Shown one piece after another: positions 1 through 9,139 of a stretch of 59,253 bases of DNA. Every line of letters begins with the position of its first letter. The first letter of the stretch is position 1. The DNA is from a virus (lineage: Duplodnaviria; Caudoviricetes): positions 1 to 59,253 of the IMG/VR virus record IMGVR_UViG_3300013119_000886. One strand, written 5' to 3'. A program made the translations under genes and the position numbers. The notes below the pieces were generated by a model. It was not told the origin of the DNA and did not search any database. It saw only the letters and a list, made by a program, of their open reading frames with translations.

Positions 1-2
1 CA

Positions 3-488
3 AAGCCTAATATTGGTATTGCTTTAAGAACAGCAGAATATTGGAAAGACTGGCCGCATACTTTAGAATTTATTGAGCAGATTAAGGAATGGGCAAATGT
101 ATTTGTAATTGATAAAAATAAATCTGTCAATATTGATGGTGTAAATAATGATTTAGTTGGCAAAGCTCTCAGATCGATTTTAAGCGCATTGATTTACCTC
201 GACATAGTAATTACACCTGACACTTCTATTCTTCATCTCTGTGACGCTCTGGGCGTTAAATGCTTAGGTTTATTTGGCAGTATGCCATCTAAATTGCACA
301 TAAATAAATATGATAGTTATATGAGTTTTATTCAGGGAAAATGCAAACTTGACCAAGATTCGTGCATGTATGATGTCTGTCAGGGGAAAGGAAAGTATCA
401 ACCTTGCATGGATAATATAAAAGTTGAAGATGTAATCAGCAAAACAAAAGAATTGCTTTATGGATATAAACAAAAAGGTAAAATGTAA
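3..488 (+). CDS. Glycosyltransferase family 9 (heptosyltransferase-like), 5'-truncated by window edge
   Basis: Frame is open from base 3 (KPNIGIALRTAEYWKDWP...). It contains the GT9-type motifs KDWP and DIVITPDTSILHLCDALGVKCLGLFG plus a Cys-rich tail (C..C..C...PCM). Confidence 0.8.
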   Translation, partial: KPNIGIALRTAEYWKDWPHTLEFIEQIKEWANVFVIDKNKSVNIDGVNNDLVGKALRSILSALIYLDIVITPDTSILHLCDALGVKCLGLFGSMPSKLHINKYDSYMSFIQGKCKLDQDSCMYDVCQGKGKYQPCMDNIKVEDVISKTKELLYGYKQKGKM

Positions 489-642
489 TTATATAGATGA
501 TAAATATAAATCTGACGGGTGCACTGCTCTAAATTGCCCTCATAGTATAGAACATAAAAAGATGGATAGTTGTTCATATAATTATTGTTATTCAGGTGGT
601 TATGTAAAGTGTATAACTGTCAATAAAAGGAAAAACAAATAA
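460..642 (+). CDS. Small Cys-rich hypothetical protein
   Basis: 60 aa, overlaps the upstream gene and is coupled to the next gene (TAATG). Confidence 0.5.
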   Translation: MDINKKVKCNYIDDKYKSDGCTALNCPHSIEHKKMDSCSYNYCYSGGYVKCITVNKRKNK

Positions 643-1385
643 TGGATATACCAGATAAAATAGAAATTTATAGTGCAATGCCTTATGAAGGTAATAAGGA
701 AGAAGACGAAACTATAGATGATTGGTTTCATGTTAGTTACAATGATACTAGAGAGCATATAGAAGCTGTATGGGATATTGAAACTATGTTTCGTCCTGAT
801 GTAGATAGTGATATTCCATTAGGTGGTATTGAAGAGCACTTTGAAAAAATAAGATTACACTATGCTTTGAATAGAGTATCCCACAAGTATCACGAGAACT
901 TAATGTTATGGGTGATAAAAGCATTAAAACCGGGTGGAAAATTACAAATTATTTCTCCTGATTTAGATTATATTTTGATGAGATGGCTTGGTAACAGTTT
1001 AGTACCAATTGAAGATAGCACAGTTATTAATAATGATAGTGACAAATGGTTTGCCAAAATAACTCGTGTATTTAGGGGCAGTAATGTTGAGATTATATCA
1101 GAAACAAAATCCGAGATAGAAGATACACTTAAAGCATCAGATATTCCACTAGATAGTATACCACAAGAAGAAACTGATGATTTTGATTTATGGTTATTAG
1201 ACAAATTGTATTCTTCCGGTAGTGGAGAACCTCAAGATTGTTTTAAGGCTACATTTAATAAAAGGTATTTATCTCAATTGTTAAACAAAACTTTGCTCAT
1301 TGTTGATAGTATAGACAGTAATGCTGATAATCCTAGCCAGATGATAGCTTTTGCTCGTAAGCATGAATCGAGGTTATTTCTATGA
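642..1385 (+). CDS. Class I SAM-dependent methyltransferase-like protein (possibly degenerate)
   Basis: ALKPGGKLQIISPD segment typical of Methyltransf_11-like enzymes; no clear N-terminal GxG motif. Confidence 0.55.
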   Translation: MDIPDKIEIYSAMPYEGNKEEDETIDDWFHVSYNDTREHIEAVWDIETMFRPDVDSDIPLGGIEEHFEKIRLHYALNRVSHKYHENLMLWVIKALKPGGKLQIISPDLDYILMRWLGNSLVPIEDSTVINNDSDKWFAKITRVFRGSNVEIISETKSEIEDTLKASDIPLDSIPQEETDDFDLWLLDKLYSSGSGEPQDCFKATFNKRYLSQLLNKTLLIVDSIDSNADNPSQMIAFARKHESRLFL

Positions 1386-2344
1386 GTGTGATAATATCAG
1401 CAGGTTCTAATACCGTGCACCAATACGAAAATGATGGGTTTGTTTATGGTTGTTGTTTTGAATCATATGGTTATTTGTTTCAATATTTAGGACACAAGGT
1501 TATATATCTAGGTAGAGATATATTGTCTTGTGGGGCTGTAAGCTCGGATATTGTTTTTATCGAATGGCATCCAATTGAAGCACCTCAAGCAATAGAAGCA
1601 GTAAGAAGTAGTGCTAAGTATGTGTTTATAGTGCAACATGGCAGCGAGCCTGAGATTCAAGAAATGCTATATAAATGCCCTTTAGATTTGTGTGATGCAA
1701 TAATTCTGTATGATGATACTTACCAAAAGATAAATAAGACTATTGATACTCCTGTTATAGCTATTCCTCATCCTGTTTTGTTTAATCGCATTGGTTCAGG
1801 TGAGCAAAATTATACTGATGACTTAGTTTTACTATCACACAGGCTAACACCAGATGATAAAACAAGAGCATTGATGTTGACATTTTTAGCTGCTACACGA
1901 TTAGAAAAAAAGATATTTGTTATTAGTGGTGACGAATATAAAGACGAGACTACGGAAGCAATAAAAAACTTAGGGTTGCCTGATTCTGTTGACTATGAAG
2001 TATCTGGATATTTAAGTGATGAGGATTTTAACAAAGTTGTTGCTTCTGCCTGTTGCATTTTGTCGTATGTGCCTTATCCTTCATTTGGTAGAGATGTGCC
2101 TATAGCGATTAACCACAAAAAGCTACTTATAGGTTCACCATATGTGGTGCAGAGATATTTGTTTCCTGATTTAGTATGCAAATCATACCCTGAATTTGTT
2201 GATAAGATAGATAAATTCAAAAAGGGAAAATTTGTCACTGAATCAATACTGGAAAAAGCAGACAATTACAAGCATTTATTTTCAATTGAGCACTTGTCTG
2301 ATGTTTTAAGGAAAAAATTAACGGAGGTTGGTATAGATGTCTAA
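1382..2344 (+). CDS. Putative GT-B fold glycosyltransferase
   Basis: IPHP linker and C-terminal GYLSDEDF...PSFGRDVPIAI...LIGS pattern resembling GT4 donor-binding domains; cluster context. Confidence 0.55.
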   Translation: MSVIISAGSNTVHQYENDGFVYGCCFESYGYLFQYLGHKVIYLGRDILSCGAVSSDIVFIEWHPIEAPQAIEAVRSSAKYVFIVQHGSEPEIQEMLYKCPLDLCDAIILYDDTYQKINKTIDTPVIAIPHPVLFNRIGSGEQNYTDDLVLLSHRLTPDDKTRALMLTFLAATRLEKKIFVISGDEYKDETTEAIKNLGLPDSVDYEVSGYLSDEDFNKVVASACCILSYVPYPSFGRDVPIAINHKKLLIGSPYVVQRYLFPDLVCKSYPEFVDKIDKFKKGKFVTESILEKADNYKHLFSIEHLSDVLRKKLTEVGIDV

Positions 2345-3314
2345 ACCAATTGTATTGTTAGTAAGCTGTGTTGGAGAAGAAGGCATAATTAGGTCGCCCC
2401 AAAACACTAGGGAAAGTAGGTCTCCCCAAACTTCGATGTCTTACGCATACGCTGTCGCTCAATTTGCTGATGTTTATTGGATTCATGGGAGTAGAACTGC
2501 ATTAGACTTTTTAGACGTAATCAAGCCAGATGCAATTGGTATTTGCCCTGGTGTTCCAAAAGCACACGCATTTGCTTTGGCTGCCAACAGTCTTGGTTTC
2601 CCTGTTATTGTATTTGGGCAAGAACAAGGAATGACAAATGGTACAGCAGCATATTCTGAAATTCAATGCACAGAAGTACGGCAACTATTTGAAAACATAA
2701 CTGCGTGGGTTGGCGCAGTGTTGCCACAATTCATGATTGATGCTCAATTCTTTGACTTTGCTCTTCATAATTTATGGATGCCGATTATTCCGCCTAAAGA
2801 CATTCCTAAAGAGACACTATTTGATGCTGAAAAGTGCTGGTTGCCTAACTCTGGCGTAGACTATTTTTCCTATTTGCCTGTAAAAGCTATTCTTCTTGCT
2901 AAAGCTATGAAAAGCAAGGATGTAATTGTCCAGTTTCATCATGAGGTAAAATCTAATTTTGGCAACTTGCCTGTTAGAGCAGAAAAAGTTGTGCCGTACC
3001 CTGAGCATATGGCAATGATAGAGAAAGCGGATGCTGTCTATGCCCTAGACGAAGGTAGGATTTTGCTAGGTCGTGCTTTTGCAATGGCAGCTTATTATGG
3101 AACACCTGCTTTTGGTCTTCCACATAGAGTTGCTGGTGCTAATTACTTTTTCCCAGAATTAGCAAAGATTACAACTATTCATGAATGTGACGAAGCTATG
3201 ACAAACATTGATGCCATCTTAGACAACGCTAGAAATATTGTGGAAAATTGTCTGTGGGGTGACACTTATAATGCGAGGTTGAAAGAAATATGTTTCCAAC
3301 ACTGGAATCTTTAA
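2337..3314 (+). CDS. Putative GT-B-like glycosyltransferase / hypothetical
   Basis: VPYPEHMAMIEKADAV...LGRAFAMAAYYGTPAFG parallels the previous ORF's C-terminal domain. Confidence 0.45.
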   Translation: MSKPIVLLVSCVGEEGIIRSPQNTRESRSPQTSMSYAYAVAQFADVYWIHGSRTALDFLDVIKPDAIGICPGVPKAHAFALAANSLGFPVIVFGQEQGMTNGTAAYSEIQCTEVRQLFENITAWVGAVLPQFMIDAQFFDFALHNLWMPIIPPKDIPKETLFDAEKCWLPNSGVDYFSYLPVKAILLAKAMKSKDVIVQFHHEVKSNFGNLPVRAEKVVPYPEHMAMIEKADAVYALDEGRILLGRAFAMAAYYGTPAFGLPHRVAGANYFFPELAKITTIHECDEAMTNIDAILDNARNIVENCLWGDTYNARLKEICFQHWNL

Positions 3315-3832
3315 CAGATGAAGAAGAAAAGAGCTTTGCTCATCCTAAAGGATATTACACTGAACAAAGAAGCCGTATCGGTTCGATTGCAAAAACAGTC
3401 AAGCCGAAGTTAATTTTAGAACTAGGTACTTGGCAAGGATATGGAGCGCTGCTTTTGGCCCAATCCTCCGGAGGGCATGTTGTAACAGTTGACTTTCTTT
3501 TAGAAAGTTATATTGCAGGAATGAGGCAAGCAATAGAGGGCAACTGTTTTATTCATCCTGTGTTTATGGATGGAAGGCAATATGTTACTGAAGTAGCAAC
3601 CTTGTTACCGTTTGATTTTTGCCATTTAGATATGGACCATAATTATAACAGTTCGGTTTTGATTTTGTCTATTCTTACCAAAATGGAATCAATGCAAAAT
3701 ATTGTTGTTCATGATTGCGATTCTATAAATCATGATGAATATCGAGCTTGTACTGATTTTTTAAGTAAGGATTCTACATGGGATGGAGATTGTAAATATG
3801 GCGTTTATTGGCTGCGCAAATTACACAGTTAA
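3290..3832 (+). CDS. Class I SAM methyltransferase (Methyltransf_24-like)
   Basis: ILELGTWQG motif I, VTVD, DFCHLDMDHNY and IVVHD. Confidence 0.8.
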   Translation: MFPTLESLTDEEEKSFAHPKGYYTEQRSRIGSIAKTVKPKLILELGTWQGYGALLLAQSSGGHVVTVDFLLESYIAGMRQAIEGNCFIHPVFMDGRQYVTEVATLLPFDFCHLDMDHNYNSSVLILSILTKMESMQNIVVHDCDSINHDEYRACTDFLSKDSTWDGDCKYGVYWLRKLHS

Positions 3833-4781
3833 TAAGTTATCCTATTTTTTTAACAGCCAGCGTTTAGTCCATGTTCAATGGAATATTACTAACAAATGTA
3901 ACCATAACTGTATACGCTGCATATCAAAAACAAAACCACTGTTTAATTCTTTAAATGAGATGTCATTTGAAGATGTTATCAATATTGCAAATCAGTTAAA
4001 GCAACATGGAGTAAAAGCTATTTCCCTCAATGGTGGAGGAAATCCAACTAGTCACAAAAGATTTGGTGATATAGTTAATGCTTTGTGCGATTTAGGTTTT
4101 GTGGTGGGCGCTCTTTCTAACGGTGACGGTATTCTTGGCAACTTATCTGCTTGCAAGAGGTTATCATGGTTAAGAATTTCTATTGAATCTTTTGACAAGA
4201 ACACTTATGAAAAATTACACAGAAGTAGCATGCCTGACTTTAAATCAATGATTAAAAAGCTCTTAGCGAATAATGTGAATGTTTCAGCTGGATGCTTGGT
4301 GCAACCTGAAAATGCTAAAGAAATGATAGATATTGCCAAGCAGGCTAAAGAGTTGCAAGTGAGTAGTCTGCGGTTCAATTTTTTATGGAATCCATTTAGG
4401 CATATTGCGATAGATGAAAGCGTGGTAGACAATAGCATATCTTATATTAGAGATAGTATAATGGACCATAGTTTTAAAGTGACCTTTTCAGATGAAAGGT
4501 TAAAGTACCATAAAAGCTATAGATTTTTCACGCAATGTTATTATTGTAATTTGTCGTGTGTCATTAGCCCAGAGGGATATGTTTATAGGTGTTGCACATT
4601 AAACAACACTATTGGTGGCAATATCGGCTTACTGCACAAAGATTGCTTTAGTGATATATGGAACAATCGTGATAAGGCAGTTAACACAAAGGCTTGTCCT
4701 GATTGTTTAATGGACGGCAAAAACAATTATATTCATGAGTTGTTAAGGTTAAAACAATCGGATGATTTGTATTTTCTATAA
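3783..4781 (+). CDS. Radical SAM protein with C-terminal SPASM/Twitch-like domain
   Basis: CNHNCIRC (CxxxCxxC), GGGNP, SNG, RISI, GYVYRCC and CPDC. Confidence 0.9.
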   Translation: MEIVNMAFIGCANYTVNKLSYFFNSQRLVHVQWNITNKCNHNCIRCISKTKPLFNSLNEMSFEDVINIANQLKQHGVKAISLNGGGNPTSHKRFGDIVNALCDLGFVVGALSNGDGILGNLSACKRLSWLRISIESFDKNTYEKLHRSSMPDFKSMIKKLLANNVNVSAGCLVQPENAKEMIDIAKQAKELQVSSLRFNFLWNPFRHIAIDESVVDNSISYIRDSIMDHSFKVTFSDERLKYHKSYRFFTQCYYCNLSCVISPEGYVYRCCTLNNTIGGNIGLLHKDCFSDIWNNRDKAVNTKACPDCLMDGKNNYIHELLRLKQSDDLYFL

Positions 4782-4790
4782 GGTAAACAA

Positions 4791-5756
4791 ATGGACACTA
4801 ATGAATATTCACCATTGAAAATAATACATCATATAGATAAACTAAAAAGAAAACAGCCAGTTATGTGCCAGCTAGACTTGACTAATATTTGCAACTATAA
4901 TTGTATATTTTGCACGAACAAAAATAAACCTAATTTAGAGCCTAATGCAGAGTTAAGTTTTGATATGGCTAAAAGTATTCTTGACCAGCTAAGCGTATTG
5001 GCCATTGTTGGTTTAGAATTTACTGGTGGAGGCGAGCCACTAGAATATCCTTATTTTAGGTTTATAGTAGAGTATGGTACTAATTTAGGCTTTCAGCTTG
5101 GTCTAATTACTAATGGCGGTAAACTAGGTCAGTTTGCAGATATATTGTCACATTTTTGCTGGATAAGAGTTTCTATTGATGCTAGTACTGAAGATACCTA
5201 CTACAATATAAAAAAAACCAAAATGCCTGACTTGTCAATTATTTCACAACTTAAAAGTGTTACTACTGGCGCTAGTTTTATAGTGGTTAAAGAAAACGTT
5301 CATGAAATGTATAGTTTTGCTTTGATGGCAAAACAGCTGGGTTTTGACAATTGCCGATTTAGTTATAACCATGATTTGGAAGATGGCAACAGTTATTATG
5401 AGCCAATTAAAAGTGAAATCATGTCTCAGTTAAATGAAGCTGAATCTATAGAAGGATTGAAGGTGTTTTCTTTAAAGGATAGATTAAACATATGGCAACC
5501 TAAAACATATGATTATTGTTACTATTCAGATTTAGCAATTATCATTACTGCCGATGCTAAGGTTTATAATTGTTGTGAGTGGAAAGATGACAGTAATGGT
5601 TGCTTAGGCGATTTACATAATAACAGTCTCAAGTCGTTATTGTTAAATAGACCACCAATAAATGTTAAAAAGTGTCCACCATGTTGGATGGATAGCAAGA
5701 ATATTCTTGCTAGTTATGCCATGTTAGATAATCCTAAACATATCAATTTCCCATAA
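4791..5756 (+). CDS. Radical SAM protein with SPASM/Twitch-like domain (paralog)
   Basis: CNYNCIFC, TGGGEP, ITNG, RVSIDA, KVYNCC and CPPC. Confidence 0.92.
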   Translation: MDTNEYSPLKIIHHIDKLKRKQPVMCQLDLTNICNYNCIFCTNKNKPNLEPNAELSFDMAKSILDQLSVLAIVGLEFTGGGEPLEYPYFRFIVEYGTNLGFQLGLITNGGKLGQFADILSHFCWIRVSIDASTEDTYYNIKKTKMPDLSIISQLKSVTTGASFIVVKENVHEMYSFALMAKQLGFDNCRFSYNHDLEDGNSYYEPIKSEIMSQLNEAESIEGLKVFSLKDRLNIWQPKTYDYCYYSDLAIIITADAKVYNCCEWKDDSNGCLGDLHNNSLKSLLLNRPPINVKKCPPCWMDSKNILASYAMLDNPKHINFP

Positions 5757-5771
5757 ATAAAAGGTGTAAAA

Positions 5772-6092
5772 ATGAAACTGAAACTAATTGATATAGCTAA
5801 AGTAGTATCCGAGAAGCATGGTTTGTCACTAAATAAATCTAGAGCAATTGTTGGAACTATAGTTGAAGAGATTGCTAGTAGTTTATGCAAAGGTAGTGAA
5901 GTGTATTTTAGAAAAATAGGTTTATTTCATGTGACTGATAGGTATTGGAAGATAGTTGACAAGAAGAAGAAGTGGAATCCTTTTGATAACAAAACTAATG
6001 ACGGTGTATCTAGAGTAGCTAGTGTTAAGTTTTCTAAACAACTAAAGGATAGGTTAAAGGGAAAGCAGGATGAATCAAAAAAAGCTGTGTAA
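5772..6092 (+). CDS. HU/IHF-family DNA-binding protein
   Basis: Basic 106 aa protein with IASSLCKGSEVYFRKIGLFHV, arm NP motif and VKFSKQLKDRL. Confidence 0.8.
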   Translation: MKLKLIDIAKVVSEKHGLSLNKSRAIVGTIVEEIASSLCKGSEVYFRKIGLFHVTDRYWKIVDKKKKWNPFDNKTNDGVSRVASVKFSKQLKDRLKGKQDESKKAV

Positions 6093-6240
6093 AGAATGTA
6101 AAGGTATGGGCAAGTTTATGAGGTTTGAAGTAAACCCAGTAACAGAAAAGTATGGTAACTGGATGGTGTTTAACAGAATATTATTTGATAATGTTAGGCG
6201 CAAAAAGCAAATAAAGAATTGTGAGTATTGCAAAAAATAG
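6070..6240 (+). CDS. Small Zn-finger-like protein (not in ORF track)
   Basis: MNQKKLCKECKGMGK...NCEYCKK*, 56 aa with two CxxC pairs. Confidence 0.55.
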   Translation: MNQKKLCKECKGMGKFMRFEVNPVTEKYGNWMVFNRILFDNVRRKKQIKNCEYCKK

Positions 6241-6300
6241 GCTTAGCATTATTGAAGAATATTATGTGAATACAATACCGGTACAATTAAGTTTATTTTA

Positions 6301-6636
6301 ATGGAGGTTAGTATGAATAAGATAATACGCGGGCTATCACCAGTGTTTATTATTATAGTGCCAATTATAATAATTATTACTATGATGATTGTGCCTTTAG
6401 AATCAGATATTCAAAAACAGGTGATGTTGAGAGATTTAGTAACGTCAATAGTAACTGGAGCTGTTACTGTATTATCTGTTACATGGCTTGTTATTATTGG
6501 TGTTAAGATATTTAATATCGTGACGCCGGAGGTGAGCTTTTTTGAAGAGCTTAAAAAGGGGAATACTGCTGTTGGTATTTTTATTGGTTTGGTTATTCTT
6601 GGGATGTTTGTTGGGTTCGCTATCGCATTCTCCTGA
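6301..6636 (+). CDS. DUF350-like 3-TM membrane protein, holin candidate
   Basis: Three hydrophobic segments and EELKKGNTAVGIFIG; overlaps the lysin gene. Confidence 0.6.
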   Translation: MEVSMNKIIRGLSPVFIIIVPIIIIITMMIVPLESDIQKQVMLRDLVTSIVTGAVTVLSVTWLVIIGVKIFNIVTPEVSFFEELKKGNTAVGIFIGLVILGMFVGFAIAFS

Positions 6637-7087
6637 GATTCCTTATTTTGATATAACAGTTGAAGAGTGCAGAAAATATAAATGGGCTAACCCTTATTTA
6701 ATTAGTGCTCAAATTATGTCTGAAAGCTCATTTAATCATGAAGCTGTTAGTCACGTAGGAGCTATTGGTTTACTTCAAATAATGCCAACAACGGCTACAT
6801 GGATGGGTGTTAAAGATATTGATAATTTATTTATACCTGAGATAAATATAATGTGGGGCATTTATTATGATGATTGGTGTTACCGTTGGTATGATAAACG
6901 AAATAACTATTTGCCAAATCATATAAAGTTATGGTTAATGTTCATCGCTTATCATGATGGAGTTGGCAATGTTGGTAAGTGGCTTAAACAAGATTCTTAT
7001 TTTCCAGGAGAAGTTGCACTAGCAACTAAATGGGGTAGATTATATTTAAAAAACATAATGAGATATTATTCTATATATTTAGATTAG
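6542..7087 (+). CDS. Lytic transglycosylase (SLT) with N-terminal signal/anchor, endolysin candidate
   Basis: QIMSESSFN (catalytic Glu), SHVGAIGLLQIMP and AYHDG; hydrophobic N-terminus; GGAGG before the TTG start. Confidence 0.85.
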   Translation: MKSLKRGILLLVFLLVWLFLGCLLGSLSHSPEIPYFDITVEECRKYKWANPYLISAQIMSESSFNHEAVSHVGAIGLLQIMPTTATWMGVKDIDNLFIPEINIMWGIYYDDWCYRWYDKRNNYLPNHIKLWLMFIAYHDGVGNVGKWLKQDSYFPGEVALATKWGRLYLKNIMRYYSIYLD

Positions 7088-7140
7088 AAAAGTGGGCAGA
7101 GGTTGATTTGAACCATCGAATCTTCCGTCTGCCCATTTTG
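7088..7140. terminator. Stem-loop between convergent genes (probable bidirectional terminator)
   Basis: TGGGCAGA/TCTGCCCA 8-bp inverted repeat with T/A runs on both sides. Confidence 0.6.
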
Positions 7141-7235
7141 ATTAAGTTAAATCTCAATTGTCCATCCAATCCTATCATTTCTATGGTTTGGGACATCTAC
7201 TGGGCAATGTAACAAGTATATCCATAATTCTTTTG

Positions 7236-8969
7236 TCACTTTACATTTTTGCCTAATGGTAGCGATGCCTCGTATAGCATCTCCTGAGTTATTTCAACAG
7301 GCTTACCGTCAAAAATGAAAGTTGTTTTTTTAAGCAAGTCCGGTTCTCTTCTGATAATATCTAATTCCATCATTGTCCATCCTTGCGCGGGTGCTCCATC
7401 AATTATTTTCTCAGCGCCCACTAACTTAGAAATATCAAGGGGATAACCATCTTTCCAATCAAGCAGAAATTCTATCTTTTCAACTCTATGAAAAGTATCC
7501 TTGAGCGCATGCCACACTTTGCCTCCCAACGCATCTGAGACCATTAACCAGTCTGACAATACTTTTGAACCAGTTGAAGCTGCATATGGACCGATATGTC
7601 TGTTCAACCCTAACATCAGCGTGTTGTGACGTGCAAGGGCTTCCACTATTTCACCGATATTTCTCTTTAACTTATTATATGGCCCCCCAATATTTGGAGT
7701 GATTACAGTTGAACAACCCCAAATAAAGGACACGCCTGCCAGCGTTCTGTCAAACGGTTCTTCTGAGCATAATACCACCTCTAAATCCATATACTCACCA
7801 TAAATAGGCACAAGCGATAGGCAAATATCTATACCAGTAGAAAGAGTAACTTGGCTTATTTTTGCAATAGCCTGATAACTTATAGAATCATCAAAAACAA
7901 CTTCTTGAGGTTCAGACATTGCTGTGAGTGTTATGGGCTCAAAAGTAAATTCCATCCCTTCGCAATCCGCCTCATATAACCGGTCTCCGTCAGAAAAGTA
8001 CCCATATATAGCAGGGTCAGTTTCTTCGGGCTCTGGTTCAGGTTCTTCATCCTCAGTTGTTGCACTAAATATGGTATAGGAAATAGGTATATCAAACTCT
8101 TCCCCATCATTCCATTCACCAGTAAAGTGCGCTGTCCTTGTTTCTATCTTCCCCTTATCGACATATGGGATTACCCACTCCAACAACAACTCCTGCTCCA
8201 ACACTTCGATGTAAGTTTCCATAGATGTTTCTTTTAAAACGACAGGGCGCACACCAGCAATACGGATAGTTGATTCCCTTATATCATATACCTTCCCATC
8301 TGGAACAGTGACAGTTATCTTCTCTCTACCAATATCAAAAGTATTTATCCGTTTATCCGTAACCTCAAGTAATATTTTACCATTTCCGTCAGGCTCACCT
8401 TTATCTACATCTTTAGGTTGTTCTTGTTCTGTTATTGTGCCTGCTAACAACAATGCCGGCGCACCTTTGCGTGGGCCTACATTATCAACTGAGCCATCGC
8501 CATTTAACCGCCAAAGGTTGCAAGTTACACTTGTTTTTATGTGCCAACCAATTAACCCACCCACAGGGCGCACAAAAATATATATTCTTCCACCACCATT
8601 GATACCCCTATTTAATTGAAAAACAACAGGATCTTCAACACTCCCATCACCATACACTACTGCATAATTATGGTAGCGTACATCTGTCCACATGCCCCTT
8701 GCTATCTTAACTTCAATTTTGCCTGTGCCTTTCGGGTTAATAGTTCCATCTGCATGTAACACAGACACCACTAATCGCAATGATGTTGCATAAAATCCAT
8801 CATCGCTGTTAATTGTATTTATTTCAATACACCAACCATCAGGGTTCACTTCAAGCCAAGCAAACGAATACTTATCCAATGTATCATAAACTCTATCACC
8901 GAATGCTGTTTGTGATAGCAACAGTATCATTACTACTACTATTGAAAGCCAACTCATTTTCTTAAACAT
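7236..8969 (-). CDS. Secreted multidomain protein with pre-toxin-like segment and putative C-terminal toxin domain
   Basis: Start reassigned to MFKKMSWL (GGAG SD). Signal peptide ending TAFG, beta-rich body, EPEPEPE linker, PT-TG-like segment (LSLVPIYGEYMD...DRTLAGVS) and C-terminal IEFLLD...TMMELDII...KKTTFIFDGK. Confidence 0.55.
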   Translation of the reverse strand: MFKKMSWLSIVVVMILLLSQTAFGDRVYDTLDKYSFAWLEVNPDGWCIEINTINSDDGFYATSLRLVVSVLHADGTINPKGTGKIEVKIARGMWTDVRYHNYAVVYGDGSVEDPVVFQLNRGINGGGRIYIFVRPVGGLIGWHIKTSVTCNLWRLNGDGSVDNVGPRKGAPALLLAGTITEQEQPKDVDKGEPDGNGKILLEVTDKRINTFDIGREKITVTVPDGKVYDIRESTIRIAGVRPVVLKETSMETYIEVLEQELLLEWVIPYVDKGKIETRTAHFTGEWNDGEEFDIPISYTIFSATTEDEEPEPEPEETDPAIYGYFSDGDRLYEADCEGMEFTFEPITLTAMSEPQEVVFDDSISYQAIAKISQVTLSTGIDICLSLVPIYGEYMDLEVVLCSEEPFDRTLAGVSFIWGCSTVITPNIGGPYNKLKRNIGEIVEALARHNTLMLGLNRHIGPYAASTGSKVLSDWLMVSDALGGKVWHALKDTFHRVEKIEFLLDWKDGYPLDISKLVGAEKIIDGAPAQGWTMMELDIIRREPDLLKKTTFIFDGKPVEITQEMLYEASLPLGKNVK

Positions 8970-8988
8970 TTTACTTGTCTCCATAAGT

Positions 8989-9136
8989 TTATATATTAAG
9001 TTGCAACTGTTGTTGTACATTTTGCATTCTTTGTTTTGCTATATCAACAAAGCGTTGCTGTAGTTCTATTCCAACGTGCTTTCTGCAACCCTAAGCAGTT
9101 ACCACAATATATATTATTTGGCTGTAGTGTTTTCAT
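8989..9136 (-). pseudogene. Internally deleted beta-class DNA methyltransferase remnant
   Basis: N-terminus MKTLQPNNIYCGNCL is joined out of frame to C-terminus RKHVGIELQQRFVDIAKQRMQNVQQQLQLNI*; both ends resemble the intact MTase at 57914-58696. Confidence 0.7.
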
Positions 9137-9139
9137 AGC

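Noticed and set aside
8970-9020. ORF-track start for the 594-aa protein
   Set aside because: The extension overlaps the MTase remnant; the SD and signal peptide support a start at 8969.
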